Below, piece after piece: positions 29,281-43,330 of a DNA stretch of 64,000 nucleotides; position 1 is the first letter of the stretch; the number at the start of each line of letters is the position of its first letter. The notes under the pieces were generated by a model. It did not search any database, was not told where the DNA came from, and worked only from the letters and a program-made list of their open reading frames with translations. Source of the stretch: the human T2T-CHM13v2.0 reference genome, Homo sapiens. The translations under genes were made by a program, and so were the position numbers. The DNA lies in the NCBI RefSeq assembly GCF_009914755.1, contig NC_060935.1. One strand, 5' to 3'.

Positions 29281-31157
29281 TTGGTGACTGCACCCTCTTG
29301 CATTGTTCTGCATTTGGCAGGAAGGTCAGTTGATATATGTTTCATGGATTTAACTTTCCATAACACTCCAAACTAGGATTCTGGGAAGAGGGAGGAGAGT
29401 GAAGAACTTGACCATGATACGCTGGAGCTGCAGGTCAAAGATGGCTCAGGAGGTTACTGCTTCTTCCCACCTGCTGGTGTGGAGCCAAGGCACCAGCCTC
29501 CCTGCAGGACAGGCAGGTGGAAGAGAACATGATTCTAGGGAAAGATGTGCATTGGAGCTCCTTGGAAGACTTATGTTTACACGCCTTTCCCAATGCTGCC
29601 TTTTTGTTTAATTAAACCCAGAGATAAATGTTGTGAAACTCCTGTCTGGCCTCAGTTTGCTTACAACCCTGAGTATGTGTCCCCTGACACATTCCAACAT
29701 GTAAGTAATCTTCGCTGACCCTAACTGGAGCAAAGCTTTTGCTGAAAGGAATGAATTATGTACCTATTTTTAGTGAAGTATCTGGTATCTGTCTGCTTTG
29801 GTTTAATACGCTTATGTAACCTCATTGAAGGGCTGATTTCCTCAGTTAATAAGGATGCAAAAGACCAGAGTGCCCACTTAAGAGAGACTATGTTTAGACC
29901 TCTCAAGGAATAATTAATAAAGGGAATCAAGGGTCAAAGATTATTTCAACTGACAAGTCTAGGCCCTTCTCATTAGTAAAAACTGCCCGGTTGCCTTGCA
30001 GTATTTTCTTTGCCAGGAGACAACTCCTATCCTAAATGTTTAAGTGACTTCTTGTTGGGCTGGTTTCGGAGGATTAAGCTCAGTGTAATTTCATCCTTCC
30101 CAGGTGTGAGACACTTGCGTGTGCAGTAATATGATTCTGTACTGTCAGGGAAAAGAGTGTGTCTTTGTCAGCAGTGTTTGGCAGTCAAACCCCTGAATCA
30201 TGACCTCACTTTCAGGTAATCACTCTTTGCAGGCTTAAAACCCCTGGCGTTACCACTTGCTCTTATGCTGAGAGACTTAAAGGTTTGGCTGCTGGCACGT
30301 GGTCCTGCTGGTCAGCAGAATGGAGATGATCTGTGCTGGCAGCCCAACTGGACTTCAGAAAGCATTCCCTCCCCAGCTGTTTGGATTCAGTTTCTAAGTG
30401 CTGAGCAATACCATCTCTATGTTCAAGAAGGGCAAAAACCAAAATGAGTAGTAATTATTTGGATTTGCTTTAGCCTGTAGTTAGATCAATTCTTCTTCTG
30501 ATGCTTTGGGTAATGTCCTCAAAATGATTTCCTACTGAATGTTTACAATTTCAACATGTAATACATACTCTGGATAAAGCAGTAGCTCACAAATCATCTG
30601 ATCAACAAGGTGAATCCTATCTCTGTCTTGGTCCACATGGAGACTAGCACATATGATTGACAGGCAGATAAGGGCCGTATTGTCATTTGGTTGCACCTGT
30701 CCATATGGCGAGGGATCGGAAATGAGAAATGGCTGTATTCTAAGCTGGGGATTATAGAGCTGTGTTACTCTAAGTCTTACTGTCTTACAGTAGCAAGGAG
30801 CAAGAAGAGTCTTGAAAGAACGGAGCCTTAAATATCATAGGTCAAGCCCTATAGTTTCACAGATGAGGAACTATTGCCTCAGAGACAGAAAGCAACTTAC
30901 ACAAAATCACAGAGAAAATGCGAGTGGCCTTGCTGGGGTTAGAGTCAAAGTTTCCTGACACCCATCTAGTGGTCTTTCTGCTACACCTTTTTGTTTCCAC
31001 AGAGTTTTACTGACCCCTGTATTAAAGAAAAAAAAAAGATAAAGGAAAAAAAGCCTGTTTTGGCATGGTCCCTTGTTCTGTGGTTTAAGGTCAGTCTTGT
31101 TCTTCAGCATCAGCACTTTAAGGTTTTTTTTTTTTTTTATCAGAAGTCTCTATATGG

Positions 31158-31233
31158 TTAGCCTGAACCAGATGAAATTGCTGCTTTTATGAGGCAAAAA
31201 GTTAAATATAGTAAATTTCAGATAGTTCTACCT
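31158..31233. mobile_element. MADE2-like mariner MITE
   Basis: Short inverted ends tgaaccagatgaaatt ... aatttcagatagttcta. Confidence 0.55.
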
Positions 31234-31264
31234 GAGAGTTTTTCATTTAGAAAGTGGCAGTTAA

Positions 31265-31594
<330 letters not shown>

Positions 31595-32157
31595 GGAAGT
31601 GGCAGTTAACATAGTTGTCCTTGAATTTAGTAAATTAGCAAATCATGTTCTCTTATTGGATTACTTATTAACCAAACCCTGTCCCCTAAACCTATATGGA
31701 TACTTTCTACTTTTCCCTTTCTATCCAGAGGGAAACATAAAGCAATGTAAGAGGAATAGAGGAGGCTGACCATAGCTAAGACTTTTGTAAGGCTGCCAAA
31801 TATAAGGTATTGCCAATGTCTCCTGTGTTCTTGGCCATTAAACTTTAAGATATCCCTTCCTTAAGTCCACTATTTATACCACCAAAACCAGGTCCAACTT
31901 CTTGATAGTACATTCTCATAGCACCTCATAGTTCTCTCTTGTAGCACTTCTACTTTTTCACTTACTTCTAAGGTTATTTTACTAACTTATTCCAGATCTA
32001 TGAGGGCAGGAACCTGACTGGTTTGCTTATGCTGCACTTGGAGCACTTAGCACAGAGTCCAGCATACTCAGCAAGTATGTGCTGAACGAATGAACAAAAG
32101 TCAAATGGTCTGATTTATTTCTGTCCACCCCACTTGGTGAACCTTATGTCAGAACAT

Positions 32158-32338
32158 TTTTGTTTATTTATTTATTTGTTTGTTTGTTTATAGACAGAGT
32201 CTTGCTCTGTCACCCAAGTTGGAGTGCAATGGTACAATCATAGCTCACTGTGACCTTGAACTCCTGGGTTCCAGTGATCCTCCTGCCTTAGCCTTCAAAG
32301 TAGCTAGGACTACAGACACACACCATCATGCCTGGCCC
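32158..32338 (-). mobile_element. Alu right monomer (AluJ/FRAM-like)
   Basis: caatcatagctcactgtgaccttgaactcctggg; TSD-like cagaacatttttgttt / cagaatattttgttt. Confidence 0.85.
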
Positions 32339-33648
32339 AGAATATTTTGTTTAAATTTAAATCCAATAATGGAAATCTGTGAGAAAACCCAATCATGTCA
32401 CTTGGAGAGGCTTACCTGTCACAGGACAGCCAGTGACCTACACCAGGTGCCAATGAACTCAGGAGGCAGGGCTCCCCTTGAAATTTCTTTGTATGTCAAT
32501 GAGACTAATATGTAGGGTAACTTAGAATTTGGATCTTAAGCTTTCAGGGACTTTAAAATCCATCAGCAAGATATCCTCATAAACACTTGGCCATCATGCT
32601 TTCCGACTATTGGGAAGAGCATTCTGGAAGTCCCCATAACCCCCCTGGCTGGTGCATATGAACACACAATGGGCCAAAGGAAAGTCCAGCTACGTGGACA
32701 TCAGCTGGTAGAGCCACTTCAGCAAACAGAGGCAGGAGTTGGAAGTGAGAGGGGCAGAAATGGAAAGTCTGGTCTCCACCAGTTCATGAGGGTCAGAGAA
32801 GTTTGTGTATATTGGGTCAGAGTTAAAAAAAACTGGGGTGTAATAGAAGGTGCTCTATAACAGATCTGGGCTGTGGGGAGGTCCTTAGATTTTTGAGCCA
32901 AACCAGAGCCTTCGCCCCTTGTCACTGACTGATCCCTTTTTGAAGAAAATTACCTGACCATAAGACTAATCCATAAACTGTCAGTGATCTAGGAAGGCCA
33001 AATCCACACAGACTAACCTAGATGCTGCCCTACCTGCATTCCAGAGTGGGGCCTGATATCATACCTGATGTTCTTGGAGAGAATGAGACTTCCAGTGATT
33101 TCTTGGTTTGCCTATGCCCAGGCACAGAGAGAGTGATCTTTTCCCAGAATAAGTACAGTGTGACCTGGTGCCTTAACTGCTCTTAACCACCTTACACTTT
33201 TCTAGTCAAGATCATTATCTGCAGGCTGGGCATGCTAGAAAGCGGAGTCTTCCCTACTGACATCTCAGCAGGATTTATGATCCTCTCTGCTTATGGAACA
33301 TGAGAAAGCCAGGCCTTGGGGTACAGCTGAGACAGAATGCTTGCTTGAGAAACCAGCTCATCAAACAGGACTTACTTGAAATAATTGATCTAGGCTTCAG
33401 TTGAAATTGATAGTGGTGTAGACAGAATTTCCCGTGTCTGTCTTTTCATTTCCAAACTTCTTCAAGGAGTAGTCTATGTGGCTCCTCAAGGTCTTCTCCT
33501 TAACCCCCTAACATCTGGCTTTCATTTTTCAGTTGTCTTCCCCAGGCCGGGCAATCTATGCTGTTGGATCTAGGTTGGTTGGAACTTTCTAAGATTGCTA
33601 CTGTCCTTGTCTTGAAAGTCCAATTAAAGGCAAGAGGAAATATTTTGC

Positions 33649-33878
33649 AGACTTCTGAGTTGGGTTGAATCTGATGCTTGATTTATTTGAATGTTACACT
33701 GATTATGGGAGAGACAGATTCCAAATTAGACTTCTGAGTTGGGTTGAATCTGATGCTTGATTTATTTGAATGTTACACTGACTGTGGGAGAAACAGATTC
33801 CAACTTAAGACTTCTGAGTTGGGTTGAATCTGATGCTTGATTTATCTGACTGCTACACTGTGGGACAGACAGAGTCCA
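33649..33878. repeat. Tandem repeat, 79-80 bp unit, about 3 copies
   Basis: agacttctgagttgggttgaatctgatgcttgatttat starts at 33649, 33728 and 33808. Confidence 0.95.
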
Positions 33879-35904
33879 GCTCAGCCCCACATTCTGAATT
33901 GTGAGAACCAAGATATATACTTCGTTTAAATTTCAAACTGTGTGACGGACCGCATTCTCTAAATTAATAGGTAGAGGCATCTGAACACCAAATTGTAGCC
34001 CTAATTTGTTATAACTAAAGTCCCCTTTGATTGTGCCCTTTCTACATCTTATCAGAGGGACACAGAGTGGAAGATTGTTAGTCTGAGATTAACAAACACT
34101 GGAAGGTTATATGAGAAAGCGCGTGTTGGATTTTAAAGTTAAAGAACTTTAGGCAAATTTCTTAGAGTACACCAATTCTCCTTTTTGCCAAATTCAAGAG
34201 TGAAACAGAAAACAAAATTTAAAAAACAAACTACTGTTTATTAGGCAGTATACTTGACACTTTGCATATATTATTTTATTTAAACAACCCTTAAAGGAGG
34301 CATTTTTGTCCCCACTAAAGGAGATTTGACCAAGGTCACATTACCAATAAATGGTGGAGGTAGGACTCAAAGTTAGGCTTTTCTGAAACTAGAGTCCATG
34401 TACTTAACACTACTATACTGCACTTTTTCCCGTCAGTCTTATTCTTGCTTTTTAGCAGCAGATGATATTTTACATTCTCTCTTCTTTTTGAAACTCTCAC
34501 AAGTTAAACTAAATGTTATGCTCCTCCAGTTTTCCACATACTTCCTCTTTCTCCATTTCCTTTGTTAGTTCCTCTTCTCTCTCTTGCATTCCAGAATGTG
34601 CCCTAAAGCTTAGTGTTTCTTCACACCTTTGGAAAGATGACCTGTACCCAGGGCTTCAATTTACACTTCCACATCCCACCAGACTCTGAATTTCAGGACA
34701 ATGGAGACCCGATCTATCTTATTCACTGGCAAATTCTTAGCATCTTGCAGAGTGCCTGATACATAGTAGATGTTTAATAGATGGTCAAATGAATGGATGC
34801 ATGAACTACAGATCTGCTGATAATTCTCAGATACTCTCCTGAAGTCCAGATACATATTCCTAGGTAACTACTAGATCTTTCCTCCTTAGTATCTTGCTAT
34901 TGCTGTGAAATGGTAGTAAAAATTTGGTGAAGCCATTGAGGGTTTCAGCAATTTACTGGGGCTACCACACCAGCTGGACTCTCTCATGTTTCCCCAATGG
35001 AGGTGGCTTTATTACCAAGCTGGGAAATAGACCTTCTACAGAGGAAAATGGCAGCCTGACTCCTTCCAATGATATGGGTTTGAGCTTCTTTGAGAGGGTC
35101 CCAGTGCAGCCTCTGGTTGGAGTCCTTGCTAAGTAGACATGGATAAAAGATGGTTGGATCTGAAGCAACTAGTAGCTCATCTGGGGGTGACAATACCACC
35201 ACATTCATTTGGGTCAATGCATGCTAGTGTTAGCTGCCCAGGGAAGAGTTAATTCCAGGTGAAGTGTAGGCATGGAAGAAGAATGAGCACATAGTTGTGA
35301 AGAGTCACAATCCTAGAAGGGCCTCCAGATCTGTCTCCTGGCTGCCTCCTCCTGCTTTGAGTGCTCAGATATTTCCATGAAACTTGGCTGTAAATGCCAA
35401 AGTTGGTGGTTGTCCGTAATTACCAGGGGTGTGGTTCACTGAGCATTTGCTTAGTCTGAAATAATCAAATGACTTCTTGTGGGAAGAATGAACAGAGAGA
35501 GCCTTAGAGGCTGGATGACCTCTACCTGCTGAGTCACCCTGCCCACCTAATTGCTTCATACTATTTCTGTACTATGTGCTTCCTGGTGGGCATTAACATG
35601 TGATCAAAGATCTTCGTACTTCACGCTTGCTATAATATCTATTCTCACACTTTCTACCCTAAGACAATTTGATTCCAATTTCCCAATCTTTCTTCTTCTA
35701 GGCCCCTGATCAGCCAGCCAGGCCATTTGCCACTGCCAATGAATCTATAACTTTGGGCCATTTCTTTCGTCCATACAAAGTGGGTGACCAGATTCATCTC
35801 TTGAAACTCTTTCCATTGGAAGAATTTTTCCCTGACCACTATCTTTCAAGGCCACCCCTGAGGGGATGTGTAGAGCAGCTGCTGACCATTTTTGGCTTGC
35901 ACTA

Positions 35905-36305
35905 CATACTGCTTGCATTACCTCCTGAGCTCCACCTCCTGTCAGATCAGCAGCGGCATTAGGTTCTCATAGGAGTGTGAACCCTATTGTGAACTGTGCA
36001 TGCAAGGGATCTAGGTTGCATGTTCCTTATGAGAATCTAATGCCTGATGATGTGTCACTGTCTCCCATCACCCCCAGATGGGACCATCTAGTTGCATCTA
36101 GTAGCTCAGGGCTCCTGCCAATTCTACATTATGGTGAGTCGTACCATTATTTTATTATATATTGCAATGGAATAATAATGGAAATAAAGTGCACAATAAA
36201 TGTAATACACTTGCATCATCCTGAAACCATCCCCCTCACCCCATCTGTGGGAAAATTGGCTTCCATGAAACTGGCCCATGGTGCCAAAAAGATTGGGGAC
36301 CACTG
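35905..36305 (+). mobile_element. MER1A-like DNA transposon, 5'-truncated, nested in the ERVL
   Basis: gtcagatcagcagcggcattagg...gagaatctaatgcctgatgat...gattggggaccactg. Confidence 0.85.
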
Positions 36306-36360
36306 GGTTTGACAAAACCCAGTTCATGATGATGCGTGTTCTGGATGCAGGGTCACTTGG

Positions 36361-36810
36361 TGCATTAGTTAGGGTTCTCCAGAGAAACAGACCCATAGAT
36401 GGACACACACACACACACAGACAGAGTGGGGAAATAGAGAGATTTATTGTAAGGAATTGGCTCATGTGACTGTGTGAGCAGGCACCACCAGAATTTACAG
36501 AGCAGGCCGGCAGGCTCTCAGAAACACACGGAAAAGCTGATGTTGCAATCTTGTGCAATCTTAAATCCAAAGACAGTGTGAATGCAGAATTTCTTCCTCC
36601 TCAGGGGACCTCCAACTTTTCCCTTAAGGTCTTCAACTGATTGGATGAGGCCCACCCATATTATGGGGGTAATCTGCTTTACTCAAAGTCTACTGATTTA
36701 AGTGTCCATCATATCTAAAAAATAGCTTCAAAGCAACATCTAGACTGATGTTTGCCCAAATATCTGGACATTGTCGCCGGGCCAAGTTGGCATATAAAAT
36801 TAACCATCAC
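36361..36810 (-). mobile_element. MLT2 LTR nested in the ERVL
   Basis: ttagggttctccagagaaacaga...ttcaactgattggatgaggcccaccca...aaattaaccatcac. Confidence 0.85.
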
Positions 36811-37529
36811 CCTTGGTATCTCAGAGGCAAGTTCCATATTTATTACGGCCCAGTAGCACACTAGAGTTTTTCAAAAGGCAAATAATTCTTCCTTGCAGAT
36901 GGCATGGCTTTGTTCCAGAAATCTGGGATCTGCATAACGATTGTCCCACTGGGACTCACCATAAACTAACATGACATATTTTCCCACCACCGGTACTCAA
37001 ACATCATACGGTCTTCTGGGTCACTGGCTCAAATGTTCAGGAGTTACTGTAGAACCCTTTTCTGCTCTGGGTTCCCTCAATGATGGTAATTTTCAAGACA
37101 CCCAGCACATGGACCGGAGCCGCATTCCCAAGTGTGAAATGTGCTGACTTCAGAACCTAAAGAGGTCTACAAGGAATTGTGCTTCCTTCTTCCTAATGGG
37201 GAGCGCAAGATGTAATATCTGTCTTTCACTTTGGGTGGGATATGCTAGCATGCCCATCATCATTGGATCTTTAAAATTTTCGCTGATGTTGAGCTTCTGA
37301 ATCTTCCTAGGGCTTACCTCCCACCTCTGGAGCAGATGCTAGCTGGTTCTTGATCATTCAGCCATTTAGCGCCATGTCATCAATGTAGTGGATCAATATG
37401 AGGTCCAGCGAGATACTCAGAAAGCCCAAATTTCCTCAGACTATATTACAAGAGTGAGAACTAACACAGCCCTGGAGAAAACTATAGCTCTGTTGCCTAT
37501 TTCACATGAAACTAAACTGTTTCTGGTCT

Positions 37530-37687
37530 TTTCTTTTTTAAGAGACAGGATCTAGCTCTATAGCCCAGGCTGGAGTTCAGTGGTACAATCATAGCTCACT
37601 GTGGCTTCTAACTCCTGGGCTCACGTGATACTCCTGCCTCAGCCTCCTGAGCAGTGGGGACTGTAAGTGTGAGCCACTACACCTGGC
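37530..37687 (-). mobile_element. Alu monomer (FRAM/AluJ-like)
   Basis: Alu motifs; TSD ttctggtcttt / ttctgatcttt. Confidence 0.85.
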
Positions 37688-38631
37688 TTCTGATCTTTTT
37701 TTCTGATAGAAATGGCTGGCTCCATGCTGTGTACCCAAAGCCATGTTCACCTGCTCTAGCACAGGTGCCACATCTGGCACAGCAGCTACAGCTGTGTTTG
37801 TGTAGTCTACTCTCATGCTCCAGGAGATCCATCTAATTTCTGGAGGGGTCCAGACTGGTGAATTAAGTGGAGATAAAATGAGGATCTCTACTCTGGCCTC
37901 CTTTAGATGCTTAAGGGTAGCATTAATTTCTGTCATCCCTCCCAGGATATGAATTTGTTTTGTATTTAGTACCTTGGCTGGGGGCAAGGTGGGAGTAGAT
38001 GGAAATTTCAAAGGCTGCTACTTGGCCTTCTCTGCTATGATAGGCTGCTTTTACCTGACAGGCCAAGGATTCAATGTGGGAGCTGCACCATCTATCAACT
38101 ATGTCTATTCCAATTATATATTTGGAAATGATCAGTAGGTAGGCCCACTGTGAGCTAGACCTCAGTCAATAGTCCACTTGTAAACTGGTCTCATATGATT
38201 ATCTTGTAATAGGGAGGATCAAGATGACATTTCAGGTCTCCAGCTATCAATATCACCTCATATTCTATGTCCAACAGTAATCACATGCTTGGGTATTCCC
38301 TCTGCCCCCAATGTAGAGTTATACATAGGCCCCTTGGGGAGAGGACTGAATCAATATCTCCTGCGTTGCCATGGTGTTGCAAAGTCATTTTATCTGGAGA
38401 CTATCCTCTCTTTTTATCAGTGGGTTCTGGGTCCCTATAACAATTGAGGTCACAAAACTGGATAAGAGATTGTGTTTTTATTGGGGTGACTGCACTCAGC
38501 CTCCTGATCATCTAGTCTTGATTTCTTCTCAAGGTACAAGTTGAGTGCCAGGCCTCGGAATATTTGTAAGGTTTATTTTGGGGTGCCTTTGTTGACTGTC
38601 TCTCTGTTTTGGTCCTGTGGATGCTGGGGTT

Positions 38632-38907
<276 letters not shown>

Positions 38908-41268
38908 TGAAGCTGTGTTGTTTTAATCATCTATATAATTCTGCAGATGAGGCCCCCTTGGCTGTGATTTTGATCTTACCACTCATTATGAAATAATTGT
39001 ATCACCTGGTTTTTGATGGTGAAAAGCTGCTGACAGGTGTCTATTGATTTCTATTGTTTTGGGGTCTTATCACCATTCGTACCTGTAAGCTGAATGATGT
39101 AATGATCTCTCCTACTTTCACCTGGGATACTTAGTAATGCTGGGATCCCTTTCACCAATGCTTTCTGTAGCCTTGATAAATAGCATGTCCAGGCCTTCCC
39201 ATGAACTGTAATAATCTAGTGTGCTATCTGGCCTTACACTGTACATCCACTCCAGCCTGCCCACTTCCCTACATCTTTTAATCTATTCTTCCACCATGTG
39301 CTATGGAAATTCTTATATCTTAGTTTCACTCAGCATGGGTCCTTGCTTTTGCCACACTTCTAGGAGCCATCTATGTAGCAGGTTGGGCCCACCTGCTGGG
39401 ATCCTAGCCTAAGTGTTAAATCTTGTATTTTAGGAAAATAAATAAACTCTTTCATAACCAGCCTTATGTCCCAGCTTTCTTGATTGAGCACTCTTGGGGT
39501 TCATTTCCATGGACCTCCCGTGGTGCCTGCTGGTACCTGCTAGTTAGGCATTGCAGCTTCTTTGGGGACTCTTTCCTTTCTTGTCAGACCTAGCGCAACC
39601 CTGGCTGGGTTATTCTGTGACTTAACCCTCGTTATGCACCTAGTGGCCAGAAGGGAAAGTGAAAACAGATGCTGGGGACATTACATGTTGCCCTGAGCTG
39701 GAGAGGCAAGGAAGGGGTGCTAGCTCTTAACAGGGAGGGAATTCACTTTTGCAGGTTTGGGAAGTGCAAGAATCTGAGCATTAAAGATTTTCAGAGCCAT
39801 CAATGCTGGTTTCCCCATCCCTTGTGTCAGAGTCCTATTTTTTCCCAAAAAGGGCCTTGGCCTTGTCATGGTAGACCTGCCTTAGTTGGGAGTATAACAT
39901 TCTGAATCTCAGGTATTCTGATGATTAAAACCTGAGCCTGTTCTTCAGCTTTCTCTGCTTTCCTACTGCAGAAGAATCTCTTGGCTATCAAGGAAGCCCT
40001 CTGGCTTCCACTCTTCACTTTTAATTGCCCATTAATCACTCTCAGCCTTTCATTATCTTTAACAAAGCAACAATCACAGTAATCATCCACTCCCACTGTC
40101 ATTGTTGTGACTATTTCCTCCATAATTTTCAAATGCCTGATATATGGTGTGTACTGGTGTTTTCTCTTCCTTAGTGTGCTATCCCACTTCACCACTGGTG
40201 AAAGTTTCAATAATTGGACCATCACCTTATGCCAGGGGCTATCTACCCCACCCACCTCTAGATGGGGTCCTCAGTGTCAACTTGGTGGTAAGATATTCAG
40301 CTCCAAAGCTATCTTATCACCTACTTTCTTAGACCACTCTTGCTACTGACTGTCACAGGCTGAGGTTCCCCAGGAAGCAGCCTCTGAGAGAAAGTTTAGT
40401 ATGCAGGATGTCACTATTAGGTGATGTCCTTGGTATCAACGCAGGTGGATAGGATGACTCCTTTGTCCCAGTTTTCCTGAAACAGCCTTAGTTTTAGCGC
40501 TGAAAATACAGCATCCTGGAAACCCCCTCAGTCCTAGGAAAACCGGGGCTGTTGGTGGCCCTGCCTGTGAAAGGGAGGAAGCAGAAGCAGGATCGAATTG
40601 AGGAGCAGTCAAGCTGCGATACAGGCCTGAGAGCCTCAGCTGCCCCAGGGAGAGCTCTGGAACTAAATTTGGCACATCAGACATGTCCAGCATCAGGCTG
40701 AAATGGCTGAGTCCTCGTATTCCTGCTCCCTCAGTCACTGGATATGGGCTTCCCTGGGAAGGGCATGGCCTTGGGTAAGCAAATCTGCAGCTGAGATCTC
40801 TGAATGGGGCTGACGGCACTCCTAAGAGTTGAAGCAATAAGTCCTCCCATGAAAAGGGATCTGGGTGGTGAATCCTTGTGTCCAAGGCAGATATGTGTAG
40901 ATATATTTTTATATTTGCATAGACCATCTGTGAAGGGATGTGCAAGAAATTGATACTGTGGTTGCCTCCAAAGAGAGGAAGTGGGTGACCAGAACAGGGT
41001 GGGAGGAAAAATTACTGTAAGGATATATTTTAGATTTTGAATATGTACAGTTTGAATTTTTAAAATCGTGTTAAATATACATGTTTATTACACACATGAA
41101 TTTAAGCTGAAAAATCAATAAAAAAAGTGGAAATAAGAGTTTTCACAGATCTAAATAATTTCTCTACCATATCTCTTGTTAACCAAAGGAGTAAAAATAT
41201 TTAAATTATCCTACCAAATTTATGCTCTTATTTTTAAATCTAACCCCAAATAGCCAACCTGTTAGCAT

Positions 41269-41869
41269 CGATACAGGAGCTAGAAAGAAATTAGGCAGAT
41301 AATGAGGGCACAAGACTCCTCAGCAAGATTCCCCTTTTAACAAAAAGGAGCCCCCAAATAATTTCTAACAAAAATAAGCCTGAAAAATTGAACTGCAGAC
41401 ATTGATAAGCAAGCTGGAAACTTGCACAGTGAATGCCAGCAGTTCTGCCAATAGAAAAGGGCTACCCAGGCCCAGGCATGTTCAGCATGGAGGCTCCATC
41501 TTCCCTTTTCTTTGTGGCCACATGTTCAGTAAAGGAACAGGCAACATGGCGCCGGCCAGGTAGAGAATCTATCTGCATAATAAAATATTAGTGTGGAGGT
41601 GGGGGGCAGCCAGATTTTCATGTGCTATGCAAATGGCACACCTGGTCTGACCAATCTTTCATGCCCCATGTAAATCAAACACCGCCTACTCAATATAGGT
41701 CATCTATAAGACCTCCTGCACTTCACCACAGAAGTGACAACCCACTTCTCTTTCTTTCACCTACTAAACTTCCGCTCTGAACCTCACTCTTTGTGTGTCC
41801 ATGTCCTAGTTTTCCATGACCATGAGACAATGAATCTCGGATATTTACCCCAGACAATGACACTGTTCA
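41269..41869 (+). mobile_element. ERV1-class solo LTR (MER4 group; subfamily uncertain)
   Basis: (c)gatacaggagctagaaagaaattaggcagat...ttaccccagacaatgacactgttca; 4-bp TSD gcat/gcat; TATA-like ctataag near 41704. Confidence 0.75.
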
Positions 41870-42084
41870 GCATGAGATAAATAGTAATAGTAATAAACTG
41901 GTTTGTTAAGGAATTGCCACTTTATTTGGCACAAAATCTGAATAGTTTATCTACCAACACATGGCTTTAATTTTGTTTTAGCTTTAATCTCACCCTTCAA
42001 CTTTAATATCTGTATTTCTATTTCTTCCTTTCTTTCCCTTTTCTCCCACATCTTATTATGTAAATTTTAATATTATCTTATCCT

Positions 42085-42930
42085 ATGTTGTGAAATATAT
42101 ATTTTATCTTTGTCTCAGGTTTCCTGGTATACAACTCCTAAAAATCCTTGGACTCTTCAAAGTGATGTGTCTTTTTGTATGATAATGATTGACTGACGGC
42201 TGGCAGTCTCCAGGTAGCTTCAGGATGGGGGCTGGTCACCAGAAAGACCAAGGCAGGATTAGAGGGTTGAAACTTTCAGCCTCACTTCCTAACCTCCAGG
42301 GAGGGAAAAAGGGGCTGAAGGTTGAGTTGATTACCAGTGGCCAACAATTTAATCAATCACGCCTACATAATAAAGCACCCATAAAAGCCCAAAAGGACAG
42401 AGTTTGGATAAACTTCCAGATACCTGAACAAGTATAGGCTTCTAGAGGATGGCATGCCTGGAGAGGATATGAAAGCTCTGCACGTGATTCCCCTGTGCCT
42501 TGCCCTATGCATGTCTTCATCTGTGCTCTTTGTAATATCCTTTATAGTAAACGGGTAAACATGTTTCCCTGAGTTCTGTGAGCCACTGCAGCAAGCTAAT
42601 TAAACCCAAGGAGGGAATGGTGGATATCCCAATTTATCAGCAGGTCAGTCAGAAGCATAGGTCACAATCTGGGGCTTGCAATAGGCATTGGAAGTGGAGG
42701 GCAGCCTTCTGGGACTCAACCTTCAACCTGTGGAATCTGATGCTGTTTCCAGTTAGATATTGTTGAAATTGGATCGGAGGACACCCAGCAGATGGTGTCT
42801 GCTGCAGAATTGGTTGCTGGTGGGGAAAAATCCCCGACATCCATCTTGGTAACCAGAGGTCACAGAAGTTTTCTGTGTTGTTGAGTGAGAGAATGAAAAC
42901 ACAGTTTGATTTTCCTCTCTGTATCTTCAG
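42085..42930. mobile_element. MER21-like LTR
   Basis: gcttcaggatgggggctggtcaccagaaagaccaaggcaggattagagggttgaaactttcagc...gagttctgtgagccactgcagcaagctaattaaacccaagga. Confidence 0.8.
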
Positions 42931-42993
42931 AGATTCTCAATCCTTTTCAGAACGAGTATGGGTGTATATAAATGTAATATAAATGCTTTAACA

Positions 42994-43330
42994 CAGGGGT
43001 TCCCAACCTCCAGGCCGTGGACCTGTACTGGTCTGTGGCCTGTTAGGAACCGGGCCACACAGCAGGAGGTGAGCAGCAGGCAAGCGAGCATTACCCGCTG
43101 AGCTCCGCCTCATGCCAGATCACTGGTGGCATTAGATTCTCATAGGAGTGGGAACCCTATTGTGAACTGCACATGTGAGGGATCTAGGTTGTGCACTCAT
43201 TATGCGAATCTAATGCTTGATGATCTGAGGTGGAACGGTTTCATACTGAAACCACTCCCCCTGCCCCCATCTGTGGAAAAATTGTCTTCTACAAAACTGG
43301 TCCTGGTGACGAGAAGGTTGGGGACTGCTG
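42994..43330 (+). mobile_element. MER1B-like DNA transposon
   Basis: Terminal inverted repeats caggggttcccaacc ... ggttggggactgctg with the MER1 body. Confidence 0.9.

Noticed and set aside
33649-33878. Repeat-spacer appearance suggesting a CRISPR array
   Set aside because: The apparent spacers are homologous to each other, the DNA is mammalian and there are no cas genes; it is a tandem repeat.
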